Below, in pieces: positions 10,010-20,214 of a stretch of 64,000 nt of DNA (positions within the stretch are counted from its first letter, which is position 1; each line of letters opens with the position of its first letter). The notes beneath the pieces were generated by a model, which saw nothing but the letters and a program-made list of their open reading frames with translations, was not told the origin of the DNA and did no database searches. The stretch spans positions 32,001 through 96,000 of the forward strand of contig CAWEJX010000015.1 in NCBI GenBank assembly GCA_963809485.1, in the 5' to 3' direction. Origin of the DNA: an uncultured Acidobacteriota bacterium. Its GTDB lineage: Bacteria > Acidobacteriota > UBA6911. Made by a program: the position numbers and the translations under genes.

Positions 10010-11869
10010 TCAGACGCGGCCGAAGTTTCTTTCAATTTCGTAGAGGCTGAAACGCAGAATGATGGGCCTGCCATGAGGGCAGTTGGTGGGGATGCGCGTC
10101 AACGCCAGCTGGTCGATCAGCCACTGCATTTTTTCCGGAGTCAGCGGCGTATTGACTTTGATGGCGGCGCGGCAGGCGGTGGACACCGCGATGCGGTCCC
10201 GGATCCTTTCGACGTCCAGCGTCCTGTCTTCGGCCTCGAGATCGTCGAGTATTTCCGCCAGCAGTTTGCGGCAATCAGAATCGCCCGCTATCGCCGGAAC
10301 CGAACGGACCAAAACCGAGGTCCCTCCGAAGCCCTCGATTTCAAAACCATTCCCGCGCAGCTCGGGCATCACCCGCTCCATCAGCGCCACCTGGTGCGGC
10401 GCGAGTTCGAGCGAGATGGGAACCAGCAGGCCCTGCGCTTCCACCACACTTCCCTGTATGGCTGAAGCCAGTTTTTCGTAAAGGATGCGCTCATGGGCTA
10501 CGTGCTGATCTATGATCAGCAGTCCCTGGGCGTCGCTCGCGATAATGTAGCTCTCCTGGAGCTGGCCCAGGATTCGAATGGCCTCCGGCTGGAAAGGCCG
10601 CCCGGCTTCCGACGGGGAACCGTAAAGCATTTCGGGCAAAATCCTGAGGGAAGCGTGGCTCTCTTCCCGTTTTCCGAGTATACCCGCCGGGACTTCGCGG
10701 AACGGGTAGTTCAGGGCGCGCTGGAAGGGATTGGGCGCCGCCGACGGGGGGGTGAAATCAAAAACATCCCTGTTTCCCTCTGCCGGCGTGTTAAGCCGGA
10801 CCGGCGGAAACGCCGGCTGGTTTTCCGGCAACGCCTGAAATCGCCCGGCCTGATGCTGGTAAGAGGGAATCGACGCGTTTTGCACCAGTGCGCGCTCGAT
10901 GCTGTCGAGAACCAGCGAGTGCACCGTGTTCTGATCACGGAACCTGATTTCCGTCTTCGCCGGATGCGCATTGACATCCACTTCCTCGAAAGGCAATTCC
11001 AGGAAAAGAATCACGACCGGGTAGGCGGAAGCGGGCATGCAGTTCCGGTATGCCTTCCGGACCGCGCTCGTAATCACTTTGTCGCGAACCATGCGGCGGT
11101 TCACATAAAAGAACTGGGAATAGGGATTCGTCCTTTGTTCCTGGGGCCGGGAACTGAAACCGTGGACCTTTACGGGACCGCTCTGACCTGAAATTTCTAT
11201 GAGATTATCCAAAAATCCCTCGCCGAAAAGCTGGTATACGCGCTCCCGAACACTGTTGACTGCAACCGCGTCCACGAGCACCCTCCCCTCGCTGTCCAAC
11301 GTGAATCGGATTTCGGGATGAACCAGCGCGTAGTGCGTCACGAGCCTGGCGATGTGCCCCAGCTCCGTGTCGTGGGACCGGAGGAATTTTCTTCTCGCGG
11401 GTATGTTAAAGAACAGGTCGCGGACCGTTATCTCGGTGCCCTTGTCCCAGGATACGGGCTTGACGGAGCGCATGACGCCGCCCTGGATCTCTATTTCGCT
11501 CCCGGAAACCAGCCCCGCATCGGCGGGCTTCGTCCTCAGGGTCAGGCGGGACACCGATGCGATGGACGGAAGCGCCTCACCGCGGAATCCCAGAGTTGAG
11601 ATGGCGCTCAGGTCCTCGGCCGTTTGCAGTTTGCTTGTGGAATGGTGCTCGAAGGCAAGAATGGCGTCATCCTGGCTCATGCCTTCGCCGTCGTCCTGCA
11701 CGCTGATCAGCCGCTTGCCTCCCGAAACCACCGTGACGCGCACAGCCCTGCACCGGGCATCAAGGGAGTTTTCCAAAAGCTCCTTCACAACGGAAGCAGG
11801 CCGCTCGACAATCTCGCCGGCAGCGATTTTGTTTGCGACGATCTCCGGAAGCACGCGTATCTTGCTCAT
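10010..11869 (-). CDS. mutL: DNA mismatch repair endonuclease MutL
   Basis: IAAGEIVERPASVVKELLENSLDA, GFRGEAL, DQHVAHER, CPHGRP. Confidence 0.97.
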   Translation of the reverse strand: MSKIRVLPEIVANKIAAGEIVERPASVVKELLENSLDARCRAVRVTVVSGGKRLISVQDDGEGMSQDDAILAFEHHSTSKLQTAEDLSAISTLGFRGEALPSIASVSRLTLRTKPADAGLVSGSEIEIQGGVMRSVKPVSWDKGTEITVRDLFFNIPARRKFLRSHDTELGHIARLVTHYALVHPEIRFTLDSEGRVLVDAVAVNSVRERVYQLFGEGFLDNLIEISGQSGPVKVHGFSSRPQEQRTNPYSQFFYVNRRMVRDKVITSAVRKAYRNCMPASAYPVVILFLELPFEEVDVNAHPAKTEIRFRDQNTVHSLVLDSIERALVQNASIPSYQHQAGRFQALPENQPAFPPVRLNTPAEGNRDVFDFTPPSAAPNPFQRALNYPFREVPAGILGKREESHASLRILPEMLYGSPSEAGRPFQPEAIRILGQLQESYIIASDAQGLLIIDQHVAHERILYEKLASAIQGSVVEAQGLLVPISLELAPHQVALMERVMPELRGNGFEIEGFGGTSVLVRSVPAIAGDSDCRKLLAEILDDLEAEDRTLDVERIRDRIAVSTACRAAIKVNTPLTPEKMQWLIDQLALTRIPTNCPHGRPIILRFSLYEIERNFGRV

Positions 11870-11937
11870 AACGCCGCCCTGTGAGGGAACATCCGCATCC
11901 GGGTGTCGACGGTCCCCGGCCTCAGCCTTCCAATGTC

Positions 11938-13230
11938 TTACACCCGGGCCGATGTTCCGCTATTCCTGCCGGCCCGGGATTGGAGGTATTCCGCCAGTTC
12001 GGGTAGAGAAACCTCCCATTGGCGTGATTCCTCCAGGCTTTTGATGACAAACCGTTCGCGTACCAGCTCCTCGTCCCCGATGATCAACACATGCTCTGCC
12101 CTGAGCCTGTTGGCAAGCCGCAACTGGCTTTTGAGGCTTCCGGCGGAGAAGTCCACATAGCAGGCGTGCCCCCGCCCGCGCAGGTCGCGCGCGATTGCGA
12201 GAGCCTTCTTGAAAGCCGGCTCGCCCAGATAAGCCACAAACAGCTCCGGCATCCATTGCCACTCCCTGCCTTGAGCTTCGGGCAGGATCATCACAAGCCG
12301 GTCCAGCCCCAGCGCGAATCCGAGGGCTCGCACCGGCGGACCGCCGAGGACCTCGGCCAGCCCGTCATAGCGGCCGCCGCCCGCAATTGCATTCTGCGAG
12401 CCCAGTTCTCCGCTCACAATTTCAAAAGCGGTCCGCATGTAATAATCCAATCCGCGGACAAGCCTGGGCGAAACCTCGAATGGGATGCCGCTCTCCTGCA
12501 GGCAGGCCTTCACTCTCCCGAAATGATCCGCGCACTCCGCACAAAGGTGATCTGTGATGGCCGGCAGGCTGCGTATGAGCGGCTGGCAGCTCTCGACTTT
12601 GCAGTCCAGCACGCGGAGGCTGTTCGTCACGGCGCGCCGCCGGCAATCCTCGCAGAAATCCGCAAGGTGCTTCTGCAGTTCGGAGCGCAGTTTCCCGACG
12701 TAAAGCGGCCGGCAATTGGGGCATCCCACGGAATTGATCAGCAGCCTGGCCTTCACTTCCAGGGATTCCAGGAGCCTCAAGGCCACCTCGATCATCTCGG
12801 CATCGGCGGCCGGATGATCCGATCCAAGAGTCTCCGCCCCGATCTGATAAAACTGGCGCCACCGCCCCTTTTGCTTCTTCTCGTACCGGAACATGGGGCC
12901 GATGTAGAAAAGCTTCGTGATTCCGCCCCCGCGGTACATGTGGTTCTGCAGATATGCCCGGACCACCGAGGCCGTGGCTTCCGGGCGAAGGGTTACCGAC
13001 CGGTTGCTCTGATCCGTAAAGGTGTACATTTCCTTTCCGACAATGTCGGTATCGTCCCCGATGCCGCGCGCGAAAAGCTCCGTCGCCTCGAAGATGGGAG
13101 TCCGTATTTCGAGGAACCCGTATCGGTAAAAAATCCGCCGCGCACAGTCCTCGACATACTGCCAACGGGCAAGTTCCTCCGGCAGCAGATCCCTGGTGCC
13201 CGGGAGGTTATTCGAAAGCAAGTCTTCCAT
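11938..13230 (-). CDS. hisS: Histidine--tRNA ligase
   Basis: LRPEATA, FRYE, LVRGLDYY, GGGRYDGL. Confidence 0.97.
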   Translation of the reverse strand: MEDLLSNNLPGTRDLLPEELARWQYVEDCARRIFYRYGFLEIRTPIFEATELFARGIGDDTDIVGKEMYTFTDQSNRSVTLRPEATASVVRAYLQNHMYRGGGITKLFYIGPMFRYEKKQKGRWRQFYQIGAETLGSDHPAADAEMIEVALRLLESLEVKARLLINSVGCPNCRPLYVGKLRSELQKHLADFCEDCRRRAVTNSLRVLDCKVESCQPLIRSLPAITDHLCAECADHFGRVKACLQESGIPFEVSPRLVRGLDYYMRTAFEIVSGELGSQNAIAGGGRYDGLAEVLGGPPVRALGFALGLDRLVMILPEAQGREWQWMPELFVAYLGEPAFKKALAIARDLRGRGHACYVDFSAGSLKSQLRLANRLRAEHVLIIGDEELVRERFVIKSLEESRQWEVSLPELAEYLQSRAGRNSGTSARV

Positions 13231-13358
13231 GGCATGACCTTTATTCAGGAATAAGCGGTTATGGTAACAAACTCCGCCCCCCTCCCATAATTCTTTTCCG
13301 GATGTTTTTTGAGGCTACTGTTCGCATCCTTCGCATTTTTGTCAGCGCTACCAAAAGA

Positions 13359-13592
13359 GTCAGGTACCTCCGGCAAAGCCGGAGGCTTGAAAAATTGGAA
13401 CCGCTCAAAGCGGTTGGAGGAGTTAGGCCAATCTTAAACGCTGACTTACGCAGGCAAAAGCCGATGAGGTGCTTCCGATCCCCGCCGACCAGATCGGCGT
13501 TTGTCAGCGCTTTGGTCAGCGTATTTCCGCGTTTCAAAATTGGGAGCTGTCAAACTCTATGAGTCAGCCGGCAAGACTGAAGGACTGCCGGT
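13359..13592 (-). mobile_element. IS200-like element, copy 3 (left end degenerate)
   Basis: GTCAGGTACCTCCGGCAAAGCCGGAGG ... GGAGCTGTCAAACTCTATGAGTC. Confidence 0.75.
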
Positions 13593-13664
13593 GTATGTAT
13601 CATTGCGTTTGTCCGGCTTCAGAATTTTTGCGCCCCGGTCCAGGAATGCTGCTAATATTCGGAT

Positions 13665-15017
13665 ATGATGGTGCAAAAGATATTTGTCAAAATTTCCCGT
13701 TTCCTTTTTTTGCTTTTTTTTATGCTGCCCGGGCTGAAGGCTGAGGACTGGCCTCGATGGCGCGGACCGTCAGGGAACGGTATTTCCAGTGAGTCCGGAC
13801 TGCCGGTTCAGTGGAGCGCGAGCGAACACCTGGCCTGGAAAGCATCGCTCGCCGGACTCGGGGTTTCATCGCCGATTGTCTGGGGCGACAGGGTGTTTGT
13901 GACCTCGCAGGAAGGCACAGTTCCCATCAACCAGGCCAGCTACCCACGCCTGGCGCGGGACGACCAGGACCTCGCCAGCCGGGAAAATCCGATCGGCAGC
14001 CGGAGCAAACAAGCAAAAGATTCCCGGAGCGAGGTCTTTTTGATCGTGGAAGCATTCCGGCGAACCGACGGCAAGAGGCTGTGGGAATATAGGACGAAGG
14101 CCACGGGAGAGTTCCCCCCGCTTCACGAAAAGCACAATCTTGCTACTCCGACACCGGTCACGGACGGGAAGCTTGTTTATGCCTTGTTCGGTACCGGCCA
14201 GATTCTGGCTCTCGACATGAGCGGCCGTCTGGTTTGGGAACGTCCTTTGGGCACTGAGTACGCCACCTTCAATACGCCGTGGGGATATGGCGGGTCCCCG
14301 ATCCTCCACAAGGAAACGCTGATCCTTTTATGTGACCTCGCGCAGAAGTCCTATCTGCTTGCTCTGGACAAGGGCACAGGAAAGGAACGCTGGAACGTGG
14401 ATCGCGGTAAAGGCCGCGTATCACACAGTACGCCTCTGGTTGCCGGAGGGATGGGAGGAGATGAATTGATCATCAACTCGAGCGAGCGCATTGATGCCTA
14501 CAATCCCGATAATGGCCAGCTTCTCTGGTACACCGGGACCCAGCGGCAGACACCGATTCCCTCGCCTGTTATCCATAACGGCGTGATTTACCTGAGCCGC
14601 GGCTACCGCAACAGCGATTTCCTGGCAATACGAACCGGCGGCCGGGGCGATATCTCCCAAAGCCACATTCTCTGGCGTGCCCCTGGCGGCGCCTCCTATG
14701 TGCCCTCACTCCTGTATTACGATGGATTGGTTTACGTGACCAACGAAGTCGGTATTGTGACGTGTGCAGATGCCCAAACCGGAAAATCCGTGTGGCGCCA
14801 TAGGCTCGGTGAAATCTTCTTTGCATCGCCCGTGGCCGGCGATGGGAAAGTGTACATGGTTGGCGAAACAGGAGAAACCTTCGTCCTTGGAGCCGGGCGC
14901 GAAGTGAAGATCCTGGCCAGGAACTCTATCGGCGAACGCGTCCTCGCTTCCCCGGCCATCTCTCAAGGGCACTTGTTTCTGCGCAGCGACGGTACGTTGT
15001 TTTGCATTGGCGACTGA
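13665..15017 (+). CDS. PQQ-like beta-propeller repeat protein, exported
   Basis: Signal peptide then EDWPRWRGP; repeated SSP/G-x-x-x-W blade motifs. Confidence 0.9.
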   Translation: MMVQKIFVKISRFLFLLFFMLPGLKAEDWPRWRGPSGNGISSESGLPVQWSASEHLAWKASLAGLGVSSPIVWGDRVFVTSQEGTVPINQASYPRLARDDQDLASRENPIGSRSKQAKDSRSEVFLIVEAFRRTDGKRLWEYRTKATGEFPPLHEKHNLATPTPVTDGKLVYALFGTGQILALDMSGRLVWERPLGTEYATFNTPWGYGGSPILHKETLILLCDLAQKSYLLALDKGTGKERWNVDRGKGRVSHSTPLVAGGMGGDELIINSSERIDAYNPDNGQLLWYTGTQRQTPIPSPVIHNGVIYLSRGYRNSDFLAIRTGGRGDISQSHILWRAPGGASYVPSLLYYDGLVYVTNEVGIVTCADAQTGKSVWRHRLGEIFFASPVAGDGKVYMVGETGETFVLGAGREVKILARNSIGERVLASPAISQGHLFLRSDGTLFCIGD

Positions 15018-15083
15018 CGGCTTCAGGGCTGGATGCGCCCATCCTCAAATGCTGCCCGCTCTTTTCCGCTCGCAGGCTCTTAA

Positions 15084-15205
15084 CCGCTGACCCTCATCCA
15101 AACTCTATTGTCAGCGTTCCTCACTGCCTTTGTCAGCGTGCGTCAGCGTTACCGGATCCCGGAGTTGGAAAACTCCATGAGCCCGCCGGCAAAACAGCGG
15201 CTGAG
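15084..15205 (-). mobile_element. Highly degenerate remnant of IS200-like element (copy 4)
   Basis: GTCAGCGT repeats then CGGAGTTGGAAAACTCCATGAGCCCGCCGGCAAAAC, similar to consensus CGGAGCTGTCAAACTCTTTGAGTCCCCCGGCAGAGC. Confidence 0.5.
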
Positions 15206-15287
15206 CCGATCCATCAATTGTCTCTCAAAATTTCTGAAAGTAGCTTAGAATGCAAGCCAAAATGACAATAGGGGAGATGGTGTCCAA

Positions 15288-16499
15288 ATGACAAATTCAA
15301 ATCGCGGCTACGAGTTCCGAATCCTGACAATCTTCTTCATCACCTGGGGCATCGTTTTCATGGACCGGTTGGCGTTTTCTTTCCTGGCGCCGATTGTCAT
15401 GCCGAAACTGCACTTGACGAATACCGATATCGGTTGGGTCGGATTCGCCACTTCGGCTGCTTTCGCGGTTTCTTCCATTGTATTCGGCTTTGTCTCCGAC
15501 AAGCTGGGCTATAGAAAAAAGGTCCTTCTTCCGTTTCTTATGGGCACTGCAATTTGCGCGGCTGCCGGTGTCGCGGTGAATACATTCGGACAATTGCTGC
15601 TGGTCCGGGCGCTGGTCGGTTTCTGCGAAGGCCCGATTTCCCCGCTGCTGTATTCCATGCTCTTCAGCGTCAATAAAGACAGTTTTGGCCGCAACTGCGG
15701 CATTCTGAACGCCTCCGTCGGAACGATCGGGACAACGATCGGGCCTGTCTTTATCACGCAATTGGCCGCGGCCTATACCTGGCAAACGACCTTCCTCCTC
15801 TCCAGTTTGCCGACTTTTGTCATGTTTTTTGTCGTTCTGTTTTATGTAAGAGAAATCCATGTGGAAAAGGAACCTGCCGGTGAAGCAGGCAAGGCCGCTC
15901 AAAAAGCCGGTTTTATGGATCTCTTTAAGAACAGGAATGTGGTTATTTGCCTCATCATGTGCGTGCTGGGCCTGTGCGGATACTGGACCATGATGCTTTA
16001 TTCCTCGGTATACCTGGTGAATGTTTCCCACTTTAATTTGCAGGCGATGGGCTGGTTGACTTCCGCCATGGGGATCCTTTACATCATTTACTGCATCTTC
16101 GTGCCGAAACTCGCGGACAATTTTGGACGAAAGCCGGTATTGTTCGTCAGCCTGGTTTTCAGCATTATCGCCCCGCTGTTTATGTACCTGTTCCCGGGCG
16201 CGGCCATATCCGCTTACGGCTATATCTTCTTCTTTGGATTTACGGCTGCCGCGATTCCCATCTACATGACGATGGTTCCCATGGAATCCGTTTCTGTGAC
16301 GCTGGTAGCCACCGTCGGCGCTTTGGTCCAGGGCATGGGCGACTTGCTGGGCGCCGCTGCATGGCCGGTTATCGCCGGCAAGATCGCGGATACAAAGGGG
16401 CTGCCTTTCATGATGCTGACGGCCTCCCTGCTCCTGGCAGTGACAGCAGTCCTGACCCTGGCTTTGAATGAAACCCGGCCGCGCAGGCGGTCCATTTGA
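15288..16499 (+). CDS. MFS transporter
   Basis: About 12 hydrophobic segments; GFVSDKLGYRK and LADNFGRK motif A; GGGGAG upstream. Confidence 0.92.
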   Translation: MTNSNRGYEFRILTIFFITWGIVFMDRLAFSFLAPIVMPKLHLTNTDIGWVGFATSAAFAVSSIVFGFVSDKLGYRKKVLLPFLMGTAICAAAGVAVNTFGQLLLVRALVGFCEGPISPLLYSMLFSVNKDSFGRNCGILNASVGTIGTTIGPVFITQLAAAYTWQTTFLLSSLPTFVMFFVVLFYVREIHVEKEPAGEAGKAAQKAGFMDLFKNRNVVICLIMCVLGLCGYWTMMLYSSVYLVNVSHFNLQAMGWLTSAMGILYIIYCIFVPKLADNFGRKPVLFVSLVFSIIAPLFMYLFPGAAISAYGYIFFFGFTAAAIPIYMTMVPMESVSVTLVATVGALVQGMGDLLGAAAWPVIAGKIADTKGLPFMMLTASLLLAVTAVLTLALNETRPRRRSI

Positions 16500-16512
16500 G
16501 GAAGGCGGGAAT

Positions 16513-17907
16513 TTACTGAACCGGCTTTTGCTGGAACACGCTGCGCTTGGAGACTTCCTGGATCAGCATCTCCAGGAAGCCGACGAATTTTCGCATGTGC
16601 GTCCGTATCTCGATAAAGCTGCCGGATATCGCCAGCGCGTCCAGGAAGGTCTCAAATTCCGCCCAATCGCGGTACATGAGAGACCGCATCGACGCATCCT
16701 TGAAGGAGGTGAGGCGCTCGATGATCTTGTTCGAATCCAGCTCCTCCCTGTTTTGAAGCAGATCGATCAGCCACTGCCTCAGGTCCCACATGTCCTGGCG
16801 CAGCTTCTCGGCGGCCACCAGCCGCTGAGCCCTGGACGGGAAGAGAGCCGCCGCATCGAAGTTTTTATCGATCGCCTGGAGCAGCGTCACGATGCAGCTC
16901 TGGCTGCAGTTGCGCAACAGGCCGTAGCTGTTTTCTATGCGTGTATAAATAGAAGACGGTTCCATCTCCCCGGAAACCAGGATCAGCTCGCGGCTCATCA
17001 CTCTCTGCGACTCCATTTTCAGCGAATAGGCGACCAGGTCCGCGGCATTCTGCAGTCCCTGCATCGCCTCCTTCCCTTTCAGAAAACGTGTTTTCAGAAA
17101 ATCCGCGAGATTGCCCATCTCCTCGTGAATCAGGGAGAATATTACGAGATGATGCCGCAGCGGCCGATCCTTTTTCAGATCCGCCGATACCAGCCTCAGA
17201 TATTTGAGAATCCGGAAAAGATAGAGCAGCGCCAGCGCCATATTGCGCCGGGCCGCTTCTTCCGGAATCAGATGCAGCGTTTCGGTAAGCAGTTTACTGT
17301 CGATCAGATCGTACTGCAGCCTGAATCGCTGGCTCAACAGCATGTCGATGTAGCGGCAGTTCTTCAGTTCACGCCCGAAGCACCTTCCCAGGCTCAGAAA
17401 CAACTGGTAGCCCACAAAGGACTGGTCCGTGACCGCGTCAATGGTTATGCGCAGGTCGTTTAGAAATTCCATCAGCAGGCCGATGCTGTCCCTGGGGCTC
17501 AGCTGCTCCATCATCCGGCTGACGTGGAAATCCAGGATGCGGTCCTTGCGCAACTGGACTTCGATGAATTCGTCAAACTCGAACTTGCCCGTAATCGCGG
17601 GTGCAATCACCGCGGAGGCATAGGATTCGCAGGCCTGGACAGCCGATCGGACGATGCCCAATTCCAGGGCGAAACTTCGGGTCATAAGCTCCGCCTTTTC
17701 CGATTCACTCAAGGGCAGATGGTCGAGGTTGAAAAACGACCGAGTCCCCTTCAGCCAGGTCTCCAGGCCGAAAAGGCTTTCGATGGCGCCTTGGGTGTGA
17801 ACCTGCTTGACCCAGTCGGTCAGGTTCTCGCTGCCCGCAACAATTTCCAGGCGCAATGCATCGAGAAATGAATTTTGGCTGCCGGCCGGTCTAATTTCCT
17901 GAAGCAT
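16513..17907 (-). CDS. Hypothetical alpha-helical protein (464 aa)
   Basis: Long ORF with host-like codon usage, overlapping the upstream gene; no motif recognised. Confidence 0.85.
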   Translation of the reverse strand: MLQEIRPAGSQNSFLDALRLEIVAGSENLTDWVKQVHTQGAIESLFGLETWLKGTRSFFNLDHLPLSESEKAELMTRSFALELGIVRSAVQACESYASAVIAPAITGKFEFDEFIEVQLRKDRILDFHVSRMMEQLSPRDSIGLLMEFLNDLRITIDAVTDQSFVGYQLFLSLGRCFGRELKNCRYIDMLLSQRFRLQYDLIDSKLLTETLHLIPEEAARRNMALALLYLFRILKYLRLVSADLKKDRPLRHHLVIFSLIHEEMGNLADFLKTRFLKGKEAMQGLQNAADLVAYSLKMESQRVMSRELILVSGEMEPSSIYTRIENSYGLLRNCSQSCIVTLLQAIDKNFDAAALFPSRAQRLVAAEKLRQDMWDLRQWLIDLLQNREELDSNKIIERLTSFKDASMRSLMYRDWAEFETFLDALAISGSFIEIRTHMRKFVGFLEMLIQEVSKRSVFQQKPVQ

Positions 17908-18295
17908 CCCGGCCCCCCGATTTCAGGCTTCCCCCGGACTCAAGTGCCAGGAGTTCCCTAAATTCCGCAGTATCTTTTCGCATTGAAAGCCAATCATCAA
18001 ACAAGGCCGGCGTCTCCAGCCAGATTTTGAACCAGGTTGCCACTTCCTTTTTGTGAAGCCTCTTTTCGGGCGCGACCTTGCAGTTGCGGCTGATAAGTTC
18101 TGCCCGCTGCCGGCCCAGAAAAGCAACACGGCGGCAATACTCCACACCCTTCTTATCGCTCGCCAGGCGATAATTCCGACATAAATTTTCCAGGCTTCTT
18201 ATGGTTTGTTCCGTCCTGGCGAAGGTGGAGAAGGATAAAATATCCCTAAGCGCTTCACGATAAGGCATTTCCATTTCCTGGAGCAGCCGTTTCAT
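17891..18295 (-). CDS. Hypothetical protein
   Basis: 134-aa ORF in an operon context; EVATWFKIWLETPALFDDWL. Confidence 0.8.
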   Translation of the reverse strand: MKRLLQEMEMPYREALRDILSFSTFARTEQTIRSLENLCRNYRLASDKKGVEYCRRVAFLGRQRAELISRNCKVAPEKRLHKKEVATWFKIWLETPALFDDWLSMRKDTAEFRELLALESGGSLKSGGRDASGN

Positions 18296-18304
18296 AGCGG
18301 GAGT

Positions 18305-18961
18305 TCAGGAGCCCGTTTGGGCTCCGATCGCGGCATTTAACTCAATTTCGAAGAAAACCATCCGGGAACCGTCATCGCGGCGGTAAACATTGGGGATGTA
18401 GACGACCGATTTCGACAGATAGCCGGCCAGGTCCTTGCCGCCGGCAATATGCAGATAAAGGAAACCGCCGCCCTTATCGTGAGGGGCGATGACGGGACTC
18501 ATCAGAAACTTCTGATCGAAATCATCCAGGGCATCCTCGTTCAATTCCGATTTGCTCACTCTCGGGATTTGCCGGGAGATCCAGGATTTGTCTTTTTTGA
18601 ATAGCCGGTACACGACTTCATTGGGCGTCATCGTGCGCGTGTGTTCGGCCTCGTGAATCAATTCCGCCGTCATCCCGTCCACCTCGATCGGGAAGTCGTT
18701 GTCATTGAAAATGACAATCGCCAACGGCATAATGCCGCGTGTCACCATGTCGTCCTTGTCGAAAACCTCTGCAGCCAGAGCATCGGTGAACAGAGGTTCG
18801 GCGGCGATGGTGACGCCTTCACTCGTGAGGCTTGAGGGGTAGGTATCCCGGGCGCGAATGTCCCATCGGCGGGCTTTGTAGCCGGCCCATGCCGCGCCGC
18901 AAGCCCATGCGAACAGGACGGCAAGCAGCAACGCAAGGAGAAGCTTTCTTTTTTTTGCCAT
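18305..18961 (-). CDS. Hypothetical exported protein
   Basis: MAKKRK plus hydrophobic signal peptide; same-strand operon. Confidence 0.8.
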   Translation of the reverse strand: MAKKRKLLLALLLAVLFAWACGAAWAGYKARRWDIRARDTYPSSLTSEGVTIAAEPLFTDALAAEVFDKDDMVTRGIMPLAIVIFNDNDFPIEVDGMTAELIHEAEHTRTMTPNEVVYRLFKKDKSWISRQIPRVSKSELNEDALDDFDQKFLMSPVIAPHDKGGGFLYLHIAGGKDLAGYLSKSVVYIPNVYRRDDGSRMVFFEIELNAAIGAQTGS

Positions 18962-19030
18962 ATCAGGCGCCAAAGATCGCGAACACTACTCTCTGATTGT
19001 AGAACAGATAGCCGCCGAAGGGTGTAAAAA

Positions 19031-19990
19031 TTGGCTTCTTATTTCCTGTATATCCTGGTTCGACTTGTCATTGGCATTTTTCGCATCATGCCGCGCGCTC
19101 CGGGCATCCTCATTATCAAAATGCTTGCCGCCGCGACCTACTACCTCGATTTCCGCCACCGCCATATCGCGCGCGTGAACCTGAAAATAGCTTTCCCCGA
19201 GTTCTCCGGCCGGCAGCGGGACCGTATTGCGCGCAAGAGCTTCCAGAATGCCGCCATGAACCTTCTGGAAATCAGCCGGCTGCCCTCCCTCATGCGCGAA
19301 AATATATCTTCCCTCGTCGAATACGACCCGGACCAGGGTTTGGACAACTACCGCGCCGCCTGTGCGAAGGGAAAGGGAATCCTTTATCTCACCGGTCATT
19401 TCAGCTCGTGGGAACTCCTGCCCACGGCGCACGCTCTTCACGGCTATCCGCTCAGCTTCATCACACGCCCTCTGGATAACGCACCGCTGGAACGCTACCT
19501 CCTGAAAATCCGCCAGTCGAAGGGGAACCAGGTGATCAACAAAAAAAACTCGGCCCGCCGGATTTTGGAGAGCCTGAACTCCGGGGGGACTGCCGGCATT
19601 TTGATGGATCAGAACACCAGCCTGAAGGAAGGGATTTTCGCCGATTTTTTCGGCATACCCGCGGCCACCACGTCCAGCGTTGCGCTGTTCGCGCTGCGCA
19701 CCGACGCGCCCGTCCTCACAGGTTATCTGACCCCGATGCGCCATGGGCGCTATACCTTCAAGTTTCTCCCTCCGATGGACGTCCTGCGCACGGGCGACAG
19801 GAACAACGATGTCCGCGCAAATACCCAACTCTTCAACGACGTCCTGGAAAAGATTGTGCGTGAGCAGCCGGAATCCTGGCTCTGGGGACACCGGCGCTGG
19901 AAGTATCAGCCTCCGGAAAATCCGCCCGACCTCTATCGCCTTTCCTCCAAAGAACTGGACGAATTCCTGGCCCGGAGACGCAAACAGTAA
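19031..19990 (+). CDS. lpxL: Lipid A late acyltransferase (LpxL/HtrB family)
   Basis: GHFSSWE, ILMDQ, PESWLWGHRRWK. Confidence 0.88.
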   Translation: MASYFLYILVRLVIGIFRIMPRAPGILIIKMLAAATYYLDFRHRHIARVNLKIAFPEFSGRQRDRIARKSFQNAAMNLLEISRLPSLMRENISSLVEYDPDQGLDNYRAACAKGKGILYLTGHFSSWELLPTAHALHGYPLSFITRPLDNAPLERYLLKIRQSKGNQVINKKNSARRILESLNSGGTAGILMDQNTSLKEGIFADFFGIPAATTSSVALFALRTDAPVLTGYLTPMRHGRYTFKFLPPMDVLRTGDRNNDVRANTQLFNDVLEKIVREQPESWLWGHRRWKYQPPENPPDLYRLSSKELDEFLARRRKQ

Positions 19991-20147
19991 GTATCCTCCG
20001 GCAGAGCCCAAGGCTTGAAAGATTTGAACCGCTCAAAGCGGTTGGAGGAGTTGCGCCGGTCTTGAACGCTGACTTACGCGGGCAAAAGCCGATCCCGACA
20101 TCAGCAGTCAGCGTTCATCAGCGTCTTTTCAGCGTATGTCGGCGTTA
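19987..20147 (-). mobile_element. IS200-like element, partial copy 5; overlaps lpxL stop codon
   Basis: CCTCCGGCAGAGCCCAAGGCTTGAAAGATTTGAACCGCTCAAAGCGGTTGGAGGAG...GCAAAAGCCGAT. Confidence 0.7.
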
Positions 20148-20214
20148 CCCGATTTAAATCCCGGGCTAGGTCGGAAAATGACCGGCGGCCCAAAACATGT
20201 GGAATCCCGCGTTG

